64,000 bases of DNA from Bacteroidales bacterium (GCA_025454755.1 JALONV010000001.1:11950-75949), one strand, 5' to 3'; shown: positions 48,738 through 59,689, counted from the stretch's first letter. A program made the numbers and translations. The notes: generated by a model from the letters alone, not told the origin.

Positions 48738-50717
48738 ATGGATAAGAATACTATAATCGGGATAGTCCTGATTTTTTTAATTTTCGTCGGCTTCAGTCTT
48801 TTTAATAATTCCAGGTCGAAGAAAGGTTATAATGAAGCCATTACGGCGGCTAAAAAGGAAATAGATAGCGGCAATATCGAGAGGGCAAAAACGCAATATG
48901 TAAACGCCCTCAGGTTTAAACCGAATGATCCTGCTGTACTTAAGGAAATAGAAGAACTCGACAAAAAGTCTAAGGAATCTTCTGAATCTCAACCTGCAGA
49001 TACCCTGACTTCAAAGCTTACTGCTGTTCAGCCTGCTGCATTACCCCAGAAGACAGCAATTCCCGACTCTACTGTATATGGCCCTTTTGCCGGCGCTATG
49101 CAAGGTGAGAATGAGTTCATTACAATTGAAAATAGTAAAATCAAACTTAAGATATCACCGAAAGGAGGCCGGGTATTTTCAGCTCTGATCAAGGATTATG
49201 TAACACATGATTCCCGTCCCCTGATCCTGTTCTCAGGCGATTCAACAGTTTTTGGCTTTAACTTTTTTACGGTTGATAACAGGGTGATACAAACCAATAA
49301 CCTCTTCTTCAGTCCTGTCACTGAAGAGAAGTCAATTGTTGTTACGGACAAACCACAGACGGTTATTCTGAAGTTACATGCTACGGAGGATAAATACATT
49401 GAATACAGGTACACCCTGGCACCAGACAAATACAGCCTTGATTTTGATGTTACTTTTAAAAACCTGGAAGGGATACTGCCTTCGAATCAGACCAACATCT
49501 CTCTGGATTGGAAGATGTATGTTCCACAGCAGGAAAAAGGCAGGGATAATGAGAATAATTATACTACAATAAAATATAAGTATTTTGAGGATGAAGTCGC
49601 AGGATTGCGGCTGAGATCTCAGAAAGATATTGATACTGAAGACATAGCGTCAAAACTGAGCTGGGTGGCTTTCCAGGATCAGTTCTTCTCTTCAGTTGTG
49701 ATCACTGACAATTTCTTTCAGAGCGGATCGGTATCATCAACCAGGTTGCTTACATCAGAGAAATATTTACGATATTTTACATCAGAACTTTACGTACCCT
49801 TTACTCCCGGCAGTGAATCGAAAATCAACCTGAAACTATATTACGGACCAAACCACATTTCCACACTCAGGAAAGAAGGAATGCAGCTCGAAAAACTTGT
49901 ATTCCTTGGCAAGAATATAATAGGATGGATAAGCAGGTTCATTATAATTCCTGTCTTTAACTGGCTGGAAAAATATATAGGGAGCTACGGACTTATCATT
50001 CTGATTCTGACAATTCTGATTAAAATAGTTTTATTTCCGCTTACATACAAGTCGTACCAGTCGACTGCAAAAATGGCGATCCTGAAGCCCATGGTGGATG
50101 AAATTGGCAAAAAGTATCCAAAACAGGAGGATTCAGTGAAGAAGCAGCAGGCTACCATGGAACTGTATAAACGGGCCGGGATCAATCCAATGGGAGGCTG
50201 TTTGCCAATGTTACTTCAGTTCCCCATACTTTTTGCGATGTTCAGATTCTTCCCTGTTTCCATAGAGCTTCGTCAGGAGCATTTCCTCTGGGCCACCGAC
50301 CTGTCGACATATGACAGTATTCTTTCATGGAAAGCAACGATCCCCATACTGAGCAATATCTATGGGAATCATGTGAGTCTTTTCACCTTGCTGATGACAG
50401 CATCATCTCTTCTGACTATGAAGATGAGCGGGACTCCTCAGGGTGCCGATCAGCCAGGGATGAAGATAATGATGTGGATGATGCCGATAATGTTCCTTTT
50501 TGTAATGAACAAGTTTTCTGCAGGCCTTACATATTATTATTTCCTGGCAAACATGCTTACCTGGGTCCAAAACCTTGTGATGAAGAGGTTCATAGATGCT
50601 GACAAGGTTCTTGCAACACTTGAGGCTAACAAGAAGAAACCTGTGCCAAAATCGAAGTGGCAGCAAAGGCTTGAAGCTGCTGCGAAACAGCGTGGAATCA
50701 ATCCTCCAAGGAAATAG
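48738..50717 (+). CDS. yidC: Membrane protein insertase YidC (long Bacteroidota form)
   Basis: N-terminal TM, a large periplasmic domain, and a conserved C-terminal core: 'LIILILTILIKIVLFPLT', 'GINPMGGCLPMLLQFPILFAMF' and 'GLTYYYF'. Confidence 0.9.
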   Translation: MDKNTIIGIVLIFLIFVGFSLFNNSRSKKGYNEAITAAKKEIDSGNIERAKTQYVNALRFKPNDPAVLKEIEELDKKSKESSESQPADTLTSKLTAVQPAALPQKTAIPDSTVYGPFAGAMQGENEFITIENSKIKLKISPKGGRVFSALIKDYVTHDSRPLILFSGDSTVFGFNFFTVDNRVIQTNNLFFSPVTEEKSIVVTDKPQTVILKLHATEDKYIEYRYTLAPDKYSLDFDVTFKNLEGILPSNQTNISLDWKMYVPQQEKGRDNENNYTTIKYKYFEDEVAGLRLRSQKDIDTEDIASKLSWVAFQDQFFSSVVITDNFFQSGSVSSTRLLTSEKYLRYFTSELYVPFTPGSESKINLKLYYGPNHISTLRKEGMQLEKLVFLGKNIIGWISRFIIIPVFNWLEKYIGSYGLIILILTILIKIVLFPLTYKSYQSTAKMAILKPMVDEIGKKYPKQEDSVKKQQATMELYKRAGINPMGGCLPMLLQFPILFAMFRFFPVSIELRQEHFLWATDLSTYDSILSWKATIPILSNIYGNHVSLFTLLMTASSLLTMKMSGTPQGADQPGMKIMMWMMPIMFLFVMNKFSAGLTYYYFLANMLTWVQNLVMKRFIDADKVLATLEANKKKPVPKSKWQQRLEAAAKQRGINPPRK

Positions 50718-50829
50718 TGAGGAATCTGCTTATTGCCCACTATTTAAATCATTTTTTGTTAAAAATCATTAAATAGATTTTGCTATCTAAAAAATACTCT
50801 AAATTTATTTTCTCATTCAAAACGGGGAA

Positions 50830-51864
50830 ATGTCTAAAAAAATAAAGAACAAAGATTTAGCTTCCAGATTAGGTGTATCAGGTACTCTGGTCTCATTGGT
50901 GCTTAACAATAAAGCTGATCAGCATGGCATAAGCAAGGAAACTCAGGAGAAAGTTCTCATGATGGCCAGGCAAATGGGATATTTTAATTATTTGGCAGAA
51001 AACAATGTTGTTTCACCTGTCGAAGATACGCCGGGAGTTATAGGAATGGTTGTGACTTCAGCATGCGATTATTTCATTTACGGTATTACACCATATCTTC
51101 AGACAGCATTTTCAAGCATAGGAATGGGATTCTCCATCATCACCAAGGATCCTGATGATCAAAGGTTTGACAGAATGATAAATGCTTTTCGAAAATTCTA
51201 CAGCGGATTGATACTCGTGGGCAGTGCTGCTGATGATGACACTGTCAGGGCTCTCAGATCAACGGATTATCCTTTTATTCTTCTCGAAAACAACAATATG
51301 CAGGGACGATTAAACTCTGTAACAACAGATAATATAGCAGGTGCAGGTCTTATTGCAAAACATGTACATAAGCTCGGATATAAAAACGTTGTGATTGCCA
51401 CTGATAAATCAATGTCCAGGATGTACCGTGAACAGATAGGCCAGATGGAGGATGCACTCTCACAGATGCACAGTGTTATGAAGCCTGTAACCATCGAACT
51501 CGACAGGACAGCATCTGATGACGATTATAACTTTATGCAGCTTGAAACATTTCTCCGTCCTCCTTTCCGTGCAGATATCGTTATCACCATGCAGTCAAAG
51601 CTGGTTTATCCTGTAATGAACCTGTTCAGGAAAAAGAAACTGAGGGTTCCTCAGGACATTGCTCTGATCTCTGCAGAAGAAGGTATCGGCTTCGATATTA
51701 TGTACTCGCCTGTAACCTGCATCAACAGGCCGTTTGCCTCAATGGCAACAAAAGTCGCCAATATGATGTGGACCGAAATAAAAAACTCGGGGAAGGGTAA
51801 ATTCAAGAGACAGGTAACAATTGTACCTGAACTGGTGATCCGGAATTCCTGCGGAACTCTTTAG
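50830..51864 (+). CDS. LacI family transcriptional regulator
   Basis: N-terminal HTH 'IKNKDLASRLGVSGTLVSLVLNNK' and a C-terminal periplasmic-binding-protein-like sugar-binding fold. Confidence 0.85.
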   Translation: MSKKIKNKDLASRLGVSGTLVSLVLNNKADQHGISKETQEKVLMMARQMGYFNYLAENNVVSPVEDTPGVIGMVVTSACDYFIYGITPYLQTAFSSIGMGFSIITKDPDDQRFDRMINAFRKFYSGLILVGSAADDDTVRALRSTDYPFILLENNNMQGRLNSVTTDNIAGAGLIAKHVHKLGYKNVVIATDKSMSRMYREQIGQMEDALSQMHSVMKPVTIELDRTASDDDYNFMQLETFLRPPFRADIVITMQSKLVYPVMNLFRKKKLRVPQDIALISAEEGIGFDIMYSPVTCINRPFASMATKVANMMWTEIKNSGKGKFKRQVTIVPELVIRNSCGTL

Positions 51865-51974
51865 ATTTCTCGGTTTATCTTCATTATTCCTTAACTAGTT
51901 TTCAACACCTGTTAATATAATCCTTAATGTTATTCTGTACTACATTTATTATTAAATGTATCTTTGTCATGTTT

Positions 51975-52165
51975 TGGTGTTGCAGTGAAATAAAATCACT
52001 GCGATGAAAAGGGAATGCGGTCAGAATCCGCGACAGTACCCGCTGCTGTGATGCCCGATCGTTCTAACGATGATGGTTTTATGATCACCTGCCACTGTTC
52101 CGCGCAGCGGAATGGGAAGGCTTCATAAAACCGGGACAAGTCAGAAGACCTGCCAGAAAACGCCA
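51975..52165 (+). promoter_or_regulatory. Cobalamin (B12) riboswitch aptamer upstream of the TonB-dependent receptor operon
   Basis: The conserved core is 'AAAAGGGAATGCGGTCAGAATCCGCGACAGTACCCGCTGCTGT'. Other conserved elements are 'GCCACTG', 'GGGAAGGC' and the B12 box 'AAGTCAGAAGACCTGCC' (52138-52154). The candidate P1 is 'TGGTGT' (51975-51980) pairing with 'ACGCCA' (52160-52165). Downstream genes are B12-uptake-like. Confidence 0.8.
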
Positions 52166-52269
52166 TATTCTCAGCTTTCGGGAAAAAAAGCGCCGGATCA
52201 CAAACCGATTCCATCCGTTATTTTCCTGCAAATCTTGATAATGGCAATTAACCTGTAAATTGACATTTG

Positions 52270-54204
52270 ATGCTGAAGCTAAGCAGTTTGAAAATCCAAC
52301 CCTCCCGGTTTGTCCTGTTATTGAACATTCTTTTTTCGTTTGCCCCCGGCCTGTTGTCAGGTCAATCTACCCAGCAGGACGATACTCTCAAGATTGAAGA
52401 GGTAGTAATAACACGGAAGCAGATTAGCTCTGAACAACCAGGTTTTAAATTCTATTCAATAGACACAGACCTGTTAAAAAGCTACGATCATTTTTCTCTG
52501 AATGATGTGCTCAGAGATGCTACTCCTTTGTTTATGAAGGAGTATGGAGCCGGTCTTACGGCAACATCATCATTCAGGGGAACCTCGGCAGGGCATACAC
52601 AGGTAACATGGAATGGGATCAACATCAACGATCCTATGCTCGGGCAAACTGATTTTTCACTTATTCCATCGGGAATGATTGATAATGTGATTGTTAGCTT
52701 CGGAGGTGCCTCAATGGATCTTGGAAGCGGGGCTATAGGGGGGATAATCAACCTTGGCAATGAACCTTCTTGGAGGAAGGAAACTGTAATTTTGGTTGCA
52801 CCAGGTTTGGGAAGCTATGGGAGATACAATGGTCTCATAAAAGCAAGTACCGGAAACGAAAAGTTTCAATCCGTAACAAAAGCCTTTTTGAATATCGCAG
52901 AAAATAATTTCATATTTCTTGATACTGAGATGGCCGTGCCGGAATGGAAATATCGTGAGCATAATAAGACCAGTCAGAGAAGCATTATGCAGGAATTCTA
53001 CATGAGAAAATCCGCAGATGTTCTGTCTGCAAGATTCTGGTACCAATCAACATCACGCAATCTTCCAGGCTCAATCTTATACGGCTATTCCGGAGAAAAG
53101 CAATACGATGAATCATTGAGAAGTCTCATAACCTGTGATGCCGTAAGAGGAAAGATGGAGTTCTTTTCTTCGGCTGCATGGATGCTGACAGATATGCGCT
53201 ACTCAAGCTTCTGGGATACGACGGGCTCGGATAATAAAGTAAACACTTTTATTCTTAAGGGTGGGATGAACTTGCTTCTGAGCGGGGCAACAACAGTCAA
53301 AATAGTACTGAATGACGAGCTCAATCTTGTAGAATCAAATTATTACTCCGGCAATATCAATCATAACAATGCATCGCTTACTATTTCAGCTGAGCGAAAA
53401 AAAGGCAAATGGTTCGGAGCAGCACTTCTCCTGAGAGAAACCCTTGATGACAAATCCTTTCTGGTTCCTGACTTTTCAGCAGGATTTGAACTCAGAACAA
53501 TAAGGGGAGAAGAACACTATATTAAATTAAACCTGTCGAGAAACTCTAAAATTCCATCACTGAATGACCGCTTCTGGAATCCGGGAGGTAATCCTGACCT
53601 GAAAAACGAATATGCCTATTCACTTGAGTCAGGTTATAAACTGTCTCACACAATGGGCTCAAGATTTAAAATCAGCTCAGAGCTTAACTATTTCAACAAT
53701 CACATAAGGAATATGATACAATGGTATCCTGAGACAGAGTTTATCTGGGTAGCCGGTAATATAGGCAGTGTAAATACGTCAGGATTTGAGACATCAGCTT
53801 CGCTTGGATATACGGCAAATAAATTTTCTGCCGGCTGGGATGCGGCATATTCCTTTACAAGGGCAAGGGACATTTCCACAGAAGGAACATCAGACAAACA
53901 ACTGGCATACATTCCAAAACACCTGGCGAACAGTACGCTTCAGATTTCTTACAGGAATTTCTACTCAACTCTGGTGACAAACTTCACAAACCGTATATAT
54001 ACATCATCTGATAATACCGGATATATTGACGGTTATGCAGTCAACAGCCTTACAGGAGGGTATAAGCTGAACTTCAGGGGAAATTCTGCTGACATAAGGC
54101 TTAAAGCAGATAATATCTTCAATGCCGCATATCAGACGATTGCATATTATCCGCAGCCCGGCAGATCCTGGCTATTTGTTCTATCATTGAGGTTTAAGGT
54201 GTAG
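52270..54204 (+). CDS. TonB-dependent outer membrane receptor (BtuB-like, riboswitch-controlled)
   Basis: Signal peptide and a plug domain ('LRDATPLFMKEYGAGLTATSSFRGTSAGHTQVTWNGININD'), followed by a long beta-barrel with alternating-residue strands. It follows the cobalamin riboswitch. Confidence 0.85.
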   Translation: MLKLSSLKIQPSRFVLLLNILFSFAPGLLSGQSTQQDDTLKIEEVVITRKQISSEQPGFKFYSIDTDLLKSYDHFSLNDVLRDATPLFMKEYGAGLTATSSFRGTSAGHTQVTWNGININDPMLGQTDFSLIPSGMIDNVIVSFGGASMDLGSGAIGGIINLGNEPSWRKETVILVAPGLGSYGRYNGLIKASTGNEKFQSVTKAFLNIAENNFIFLDTEMAVPEWKYREHNKTSQRSIMQEFYMRKSADVLSARFWYQSTSRNLPGSILYGYSGEKQYDESLRSLITCDAVRGKMEFFSSAAWMLTDMRYSSFWDTTGSDNKVNTFILKGGMNLLLSGATTVKIVLNDELNLVESNYYSGNINHNNASLTISAERKKGKWFGAALLLRETLDDKSFLVPDFSAGFELRTIRGEEHYIKLNLSRNSKIPSLNDRFWNPGGNPDLKNEYAYSLESGYKLSHTMGSRFKISSELNYFNNHIRNMIQWYPETEFIWVAGNIGSVNTSGFETSASLGYTANKFSAGWDAAYSFTRARDISTEGTSDKQLAYIPKHLANSTLQISYRNFYSTLVTNFTNRIYTSSDNTGYIDGYAVNSLTGGYKLNFRGNSADIRLKADNIFNAAYQTIAYYPQPGRSWLFVLSLRFKV

Positions 54205-54207
54205 CAT

Positions 54208-55359
54208 ATGAGACACACGGGAATCCCCTTTATCTTACTGTCACTGGCTGTTGCCGTGTCGTGCACAGGCCATCGGGAAACGAGGCTGTTAAATGAACAC
54301 TCTGCCTCCAGGACAGGGCCTTCCATGGCTCAGCGGTTTAAAATTGAAAAAAAAGACAGCTGCACGATACTCACAATCACTGAGCCATGGCAGGGTGCAA
54401 AAGGAATCAGCCAGGTATTCTATCTGGTAAAAAGAGGAACGAAGTTTATGCCTGAATCTGAGGCTTCAGGACTAATATATGTTCCTGTCAGGAAGATAAT
54501 TTGCATGTCGTCAACGCATATTGCCATGATTTCGGCATTAGGTGAAGAACAATCCATATGCGGCATCTCAGGCACAAACTATATCTATGATCCGAAGATC
54601 AGGTCAAGAGCTGACAGCGCACTGATCGCTGAAATAGGATATGACTCAGGAATAAACCGGGAGCTTATACTCAGCATTAATCCCGATCTTATTATGATGT
54701 ATGGAATCGGAAGCGAATCTTCAGGGTATGTAAGCAAGATCACTGATCTCGGAATAAAAGTGATGTACGATGCTGACTACCTTGAAACAGATCCGCTGGC
54801 AAAAGCAGAGTGGATTAAGGTGTTTGGCGCTCTCTACTGCAAAGAGGAAATGGCCGGAATGATATATGATGAAGAGGCTACAGAATATAATTATGTTAAA
54901 TCAATCATCAGTGAAAAGGCACGCAAGAAATCCTCTGTGCTGCTTGGACTTCCTTACAGGGATACATGGTTCATTTCGCCGGGCAATTCCTATATTAGTA
55001 CGCTTATCAGAGATGCCGGAGGGGATTATCTGTGGAAGGATACTGAATCAGCATACTCGATGCCTTACAGCTTCGAAAGCGTTTTTATGAAATCACTTAA
55101 TGCCGATTACTGGCTCAATGTGGGCACTATAAACACAAAAAGTGAAATTTCATCTTTTGATGCCAGGCTTGAAAAGTTTTCCGCCTTTCTTTCAGGAAAT
55201 ATCTATAACAATACAAGCAGGATTTCATCCGGGGGAGGCAACGATTACTGGGAAAGCGGCACACTTAATCCACACATTATCCTGAAGGATATAGCATCGA
55301 TTTTACATCCGGGTATATTTGGCGATTACGAGCTTGTTTACTATAAGAAGATTGAATAA
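54208..55359 (+). CDS. ABC transporter periplasmic substrate-binding lipoprotein (BtuF/FhuD-type, Peripla_BP_2-like)
   Basis: Lipobox 'LSLAVAVSCTG'. It lies between the receptor and the FecCD permease. 'PDLIMMYG' is typical of class III binding proteins. Confidence 0.75.
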   Translation: MRHTGIPFILLSLAVAVSCTGHRETRLLNEHSASRTGPSMAQRFKIEKKDSCTILTITEPWQGAKGISQVFYLVKRGTKFMPESEASGLIYVPVRKIICMSSTHIAMISALGEEQSICGISGTNYIYDPKIRSRADSALIAEIGYDSGINRELILSINPDLIMMYGIGSESSGYVSKITDLGIKVMYDADYLETDPLAKAEWIKVFGALYCKEEMAGMIYDEEATEYNYVKSIISEKARKKSSVLLGLPYRDTWFISPGNSYISTLIRDAGGDYLWKDTESAYSMPYSFESVFMKSLNADYWLNVGTINTKSEISSFDARLEKFSAFLSGNIYNNTSRISSGGGNDYWESGTLNPHIILKDIASILHPGIFGDYELVYYKKIE

Positions 55360-55368
55360 GAAGAACTT

Positions 55369-56430
55369 TTGAAAGCTGCTTCAGACATAGGGAAGAACAA
55401 TCATCAGATCAGAGATTATACATTGATATTCTCTATCATGTTTTTATTACTGGTCGTTTTTTTCCTCCTTGATCTGTTCCTCGGATCAGTAAGCATAAAA
55501 GCCTCAGATGTCTTTAAAGCAATCTTCAGTGACGCCGGTCGTGATATAGAGACCATAGTAATGAATTTCCGTTTTCCGAAAGCCGTCACTGCCCTGGTTG
55601 TCGGGATAGCTTTATCGCTGAGCGGACTTCAGATGCAAACTCTTTTCAGGAATCCTCTTGCAGGTCCATATGTTCTTGGTGTTAGCGCTGGCGCGAGCCT
55701 GGGAGTAGCGACAGTCATTCTGGGATTCTCAACAGGCCTTACCGTGATGAACCTGCAGGGTCTGGGCAACTGGATTCTTGTGATCTCGGCATGGATTGGA
55801 GCAGGGCTGGTGATGCTGCTTATTATGTTCATCTCTTCACGGGTGAGGGATATTATGACAATCCTGATCCTGGGCATGATGCTTGCCAGCGGCCTTTCAG
55901 CGATTGTCAGCATTATGCAATATTTCAGCAGCGAAACAATGCTTAAAGCATATGTGATCTGGACCATGGGAAGTCTTGGAAACCTGTCCTCAGGTCAGCT
56001 GAATGTGCTGGTAATATCAGTTTTGGCCGGTACATTGCTGAGCATTTTCTCAATAAAGATGCTGAATGTCTTGTTGATAGGAGAGAACTATGCCGGAAGC
56101 ATGGGACTCAATATTAAACTTTCGCGGACACTTATTTTTGCGTGTACGAGCATCCTTGCAGGCAGTGTAACAGCATTTTGCGGACCAATCGGATTTATAG
56201 GCATTGCAGTTCCGCATATAGCCAGGAACATATTCCGGACATCAGACCATGCAATACTGATACCTGGAAGCATCCTTACCGGTGGCATAGTCATGCTGAT
56301 AAGCGATATTGTTTCTCAACTGCCGGGCTCAGAAAGCATCTTGCCTGTAAATTCAGTCACTTCGCTTATTGGAATTCCCATTGTAATCTGGGTAATCCTT
56401 AGAAACAGACGCAATTCAGGATCGTTCTGA
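55369..56430 (+). CDS. FecCD-family ABC transporter permease (BtuC-like)
   Basis: Hydrophobic protein of about 10 TM helices with 'RNPLAGPYVLGVSAGASLG' and 'GPIGFIGIAVPHIAR', both characteristic FecCD motifs. Confidence 0.9.
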   Translation: MKAASDIGKNNHQIRDYTLIFSIMFLLLVVFFLLDLFLGSVSIKASDVFKAIFSDAGRDIETIVMNFRFPKAVTALVVGIALSLSGLQMQTLFRNPLAGPYVLGVSAGASLGVATVILGFSTGLTVMNLQGLGNWILVISAWIGAGLVMLLIMFISSRVRDIMTILILGMMLASGLSAIVSIMQYFSSETMLKAYVIWTMGSLGNLSSGQLNVLVISVLAGTLLSIFSIKMLNVLLIGENYAGSMGLNIKLSRTLIFACTSILAGSVTAFCGPIGFIGIAVPHIARNIFRTSDHAILIPGSILTGGIVMLISDIVSQLPGSESILPVNSVTSLIGIPIVIWVILRNRRNSGSF

Positions 56431-57233
56431 TGAAAGAAAAAGAAGCTACGATATTATCGTTTGATGCTCTCGGGATAGGCTACGGATCAGGTGCCCGGAG
56501 AAAGATATTGCTTCCACCGCTGACTGCTTCGGCCAGGAGGGGGGAGCTCGTTGCAATAATTGGCAGGAATGGCATCGGAAAAAGTACATTGCTTCGAACT
56601 ATGATTGGATTGCATACTGCATTCGGGGGACAAGTATTGATCCAGGGTGAGAATCTTTTAAAAATTCCTCGCATGGAACTTGCCCGCAGGATTGGATATA
56701 TTTCGACTGAGATCATCAGGACAAGCAATATGACTGTTTTTGACCTGGTTGCGCTGGGCAGATTTCCTCATACCAACTGGATTGGCCGAATTGATAACAG
56801 GAGCAGGGAGGTTATCGATGACGCCATTGAAAAAACAGGTATGAGCAATTTTACAGGCAGGTATATTGCAGAGCTGTCAGATGGCGAAAGACAGCGGGCT
56901 ATGATTGCAAGAGTGCTTGCTCAGGATGCTGCGATTATGGTCATGGATGAACCGCTCGCATTCCTTGATCTGCCGGGTAAGTATGAAATAGCAAACCTTA
57001 TCAGAAATCTATCACGGACGGGAAAAACAATTGTTTTTTCAACGCACGATCTTGATATTGCGGTAAAGATTGCTGACCGGATATGGCTGATGCTCAGGGA
57101 AGGCCTTACCGAAGGATCTCCTGTAAAACTTATTGCAAATGGTTCTTTTGATGCGATGTTTGAATCCCAGGTATCTCTGACCGGTCCATTTTCAGTCTCT
57201 TCAGCAAGTGGCTATTTGAAAAATTTCCTGTAA
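56430..57233 (+). CDS. ABC transporter ATP-binding protein (BtuD/FepC-like)
   Basis: Walker A 'GRNGIGKST', signature 'LSDGERQR', Walker B 'IMVMDEP'. The start overlaps the permease stop. Confidence 0.9.
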   Translation: MKEKEATILSFDALGIGYGSGARRKILLPPLTASARRGELVAIIGRNGIGKSTLLRTMIGLHTAFGGQVLIQGENLLKIPRMELARRIGYISTEIIRTSNMTVFDLVALGRFPHTNWIGRIDNRSREVIDDAIEKTGMSNFTGRYIAELSDGERQRAMIARVLAQDAAIMVMDEPLAFLDLPGKYEIANLIRNLSRTGKTIVFSTHDLDIAVKIADRIWLMLREGLTEGSPVKLIANGSFDAMFESQVSLTGPFSVSSASGYLKNFL

Positions 57234-58630
57234 TTATCAATAAAACCGGCGATATCTTCAACTGCCAGCTTCTTTGCGATAATCTTCTTATTCCTGTCCA
57301 GAATATATACAATAGGCGTTGACTGTATATTATAATAATAGTCATAATGTGTTGCCCTGTCAGGGTCCCATCCATTTATCCAGGTCAGTTTATTCTCTTC
57401 AATATATTTAGCCCATTCAGTGCGATCGCTGATCGTGCAGACTGCAAATACTTCGACACTATACTCTTTTTCCTTATTATAATATTCCTTAAGCCTCGGA
57501 GTTGCTTCCTTGCAATGACCACAGTTAGGTTCCCAGAAATAGAGTATTGTGAAATCCTTCTCAATATCGTGTAGTGAAACAAAGATACCCCGGTAAGAGT
57601 CCATAACCAGATCCTGTGCTTTCATACCTATAAGGTTGAATCTCAGAAGCTCAACATCTTTTTTCAGCTTATCCTTGAAATCCTGGGTTACCCAATCGGC
57701 TTTTCCCGAAAGATAAACATCATCGGCAATCTTAACGAGGACAGCATCATGTCCCATTATTTCACTTTCACGGTAATGATTGAAGAGATACATTGACACA
57801 TACTGGAAGACTTTTTGGTTTGGTTCACATTTTTTCAGGATCTTTTCAACCTGTGCATTTATCGAATCTGGTGACTGCATGACTACATTGGTGAAGAAGG
57901 CATTAAGCCTGGCATGCAATATTGGCGTCCTGAGGAGCCTTTCATCTGTCAGGTCGAGGTTATCAAAGAAGTGATCCTTGTTATAATTATATTTACGGAT
58001 CCATTTTACTGAGTCCGGATTATGAGTTCCTGCTGGAACATCAAACTCAGGGACATTGACCGGCAGCATTGATTTCACAAGCATAGAAAGCAAATTGCCC
58101 TGATTCTCATCTATAACTTTATGGAGGTAGTTTATCTTCGACTGCTCCTGCAGTTTTTGCATTCCGGTAAGCAGTTTCAATGAATCGCTGTTCTGCTTAT
58201 TAGCTTGCATGCGGCGTGCAATGGAAGCTGATTCCTGCTGCATCGCAACCCACTTCCGCTGATACCTGATAAAATACGAATTCTCCTCCGAACCCTTGAA
58301 CTCCAGGGTGTTATAAAAATCCTTATATGAACATGTCACAGCAAATTGCTGATCGTCCGAAATTAATATCTCAAAATAGGTCCTGCCAGGAAGTACAATC
58401 ATATAAATTCCATGCGGCAAGCTTTCGGCATCGCTGAAGATACCTGTGCCCTTAGCATCAAGTATCACTGAATCGCGTAAATATTGCTTATCCCCAAAAT
58501 GATAGGCGAGGTAGATCGTTGAATCCCTTAAACCGGAGACCGTAACGGATATTTTATAGACAATCCCGGCCTGGCTGAATAATTGGGCCGATAGAATGAC
58601 AAACAGAAGTCCAAAAATGCTTTTTTTCAT
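57212..58630 (-). CDS. Thioredoxin-fold protein (TlpA/AhpC-TSA-like) with an N-terminal extension
   Basis: Signal peptide 'MKKSIFGLLFVILSAQLFSQ'. Thioredoxin motif 'FWEPNCGHCKE' (CxxC) in the C-terminal domain. The ATG at 58630 is preferred over the track start at 58699. Confidence 0.75.
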   Translation of the reverse strand: MKKSIFGLLFVILSAQLFSQAGIVYKISVTVSGLRDSTIYLAYHFGDKQYLRDSVILDAKGTGIFSDAESLPHGIYMIVLPGRTYFEILISDDQQFAVTCSYKDFYNTLEFKGSEENSYFIRYQRKWVAMQQESASIARRMQANKQNSDSLKLLTGMQKLQEQSKINYLHKVIDENQGNLLSMLVKSMLPVNVPEFDVPAGTHNPDSVKWIRKYNYNKDHFFDNLDLTDERLLRTPILHARLNAFFTNVVMQSPDSINAQVEKILKKCEPNQKVFQYVSMYLFNHYRESEIMGHDAVLVKIADDVYLSGKADWVTQDFKDKLKKDVELLRFNLIGMKAQDLVMDSYRGIFVSLHDIEKDFTILYFWEPNCGHCKEATPRLKEYYNKEKEYSVEVFAVCTISDRTEWAKYIEENKLTWINGWDPDRATHYDYYYNIQSTPIVYILDRNKKIIAKKLAVEDIAGFIDNYRKFFK

Positions 58631-58747
58631 CAAAAGGATGTTTCTGAATATGGCAAAAATAGTTAATGCAATTTCTTTGCCAAAGTGAAAACGGGACAAT
58701 ATTGGAAATATGTTGTATTTTTGACTGTTAATTCCTGGGTAGATCTT

Positions 58748-59689
58748 ATGACAATATCACTGCTTGTTCCGGTTTGTGATTATGACATTGTTGCGATAGT
58801 ATACAGCATGAAGAGCTGTATCGGAACAATTCCGGAATTTATCGAGATACTTATCGGCGATGACGGGTCAACCCCTGAGAACAAGGCAAAGTACAAATCT
58901 CTTGAAGGAGATGGAGTACGATTGATCAGCTATGAAAAGAATATTGGCAGATCAGCGATAAGAAACAGGCTAGCACTGGAAGCGAAAGGTGAGTATCTTC
59001 TCTTCATCGATGCTGACACTATGGTTCCCGGGACTGCAGAAGCTTTTATGCAGAAATGGCTGAATTCAGCTGGATTGGCCCGGGTCATATCAGGCGGGAT
59101 TTTATATCATGAATCGCCTCCCGGCGATCCTGATAAAATCCTTCGTTGGAAAAACGGCAGAAGACGCGAACAAAAAAAAGCATCTTACAGGAACAAGCAT
59201 CCTTATTCATCATTCTCTACATTTAATGTCTTGATTGACAGGACAATATTCGAGAAACTCAGATTTAATGAGGAGATAAAACAGTACGGACATGAAGACA
59301 GCCTGTTCAGCTACCAGTTACATAAGGCAGGTATCGATGTTGCACATATTGATAATGGCCTCATACATGATGGAATAGAGACAAACAGGGATTTTATTAA
59401 TAAGACGAAACTTGGCATTGAGAACCTCAGCAGGCTCTATGATTGCGTTACCGACAAAAAGACATTTGCCGCTACAGTCAAGATGGTAAGAGATTACCGA
59501 TGGTTAAGTTTATTCAGACTAACCCTTGTTCTTGCCGGACTCTTTATTCGTTTCAGGGAGAGGATGGAACTCAGGATCGATAGTTCAAATCCGCCTTTAT
59601 GGCTTTTCGATGCATATAAAATTTCGATGTTCTGCACATACCGTGAAATTCACAGGCGGAAGAAAATAATTCCTTCATTCATCCTATAG
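58748..59689 (+). CDS. Glycosyltransferase family 2
   Basis: 'ISLLVPVCDYD', 'ILIGDDGST' and 'YLLFIDADT' (DxD) motifs. The ATG at 58748 is preferred over the track start at 58685. Confidence 0.7.
   Translation: MTISLLVPVCDYDIVAIVYSMKSCIGTIPEFIEILIGDDGSTPENKAKYKSLEGDGVRLISYEKNIGRSAIRNRLALEAKGEYLLFIDADTMVPGTAEAFMQKWLNSAGLARVISGGILYHESPPGDPDKILRWKNGRRREQKKASYRNKHPYSSFSTFNVLIDRTIFEKLRFNEEIKQYGHEDSLFSYQLHKAGIDVAHIDNGLIHDGIETNRDFINKTKLGIENLSRLYDCVTDKKTFAATVKMVRDYRWLSLFRLTLVLAGLFIRFRERMELRIDSSNPPLWLFDAYKISMFCTYREIHRRKKIIPSFIL

Noticed and set aside
51996-52214. Minus-strand 72-aa ORF.
   Set aside because: It lies entirely over the cobalamin riboswitch and leader of the btuB-like operon. The conserved RNA motifs explain the sequence.
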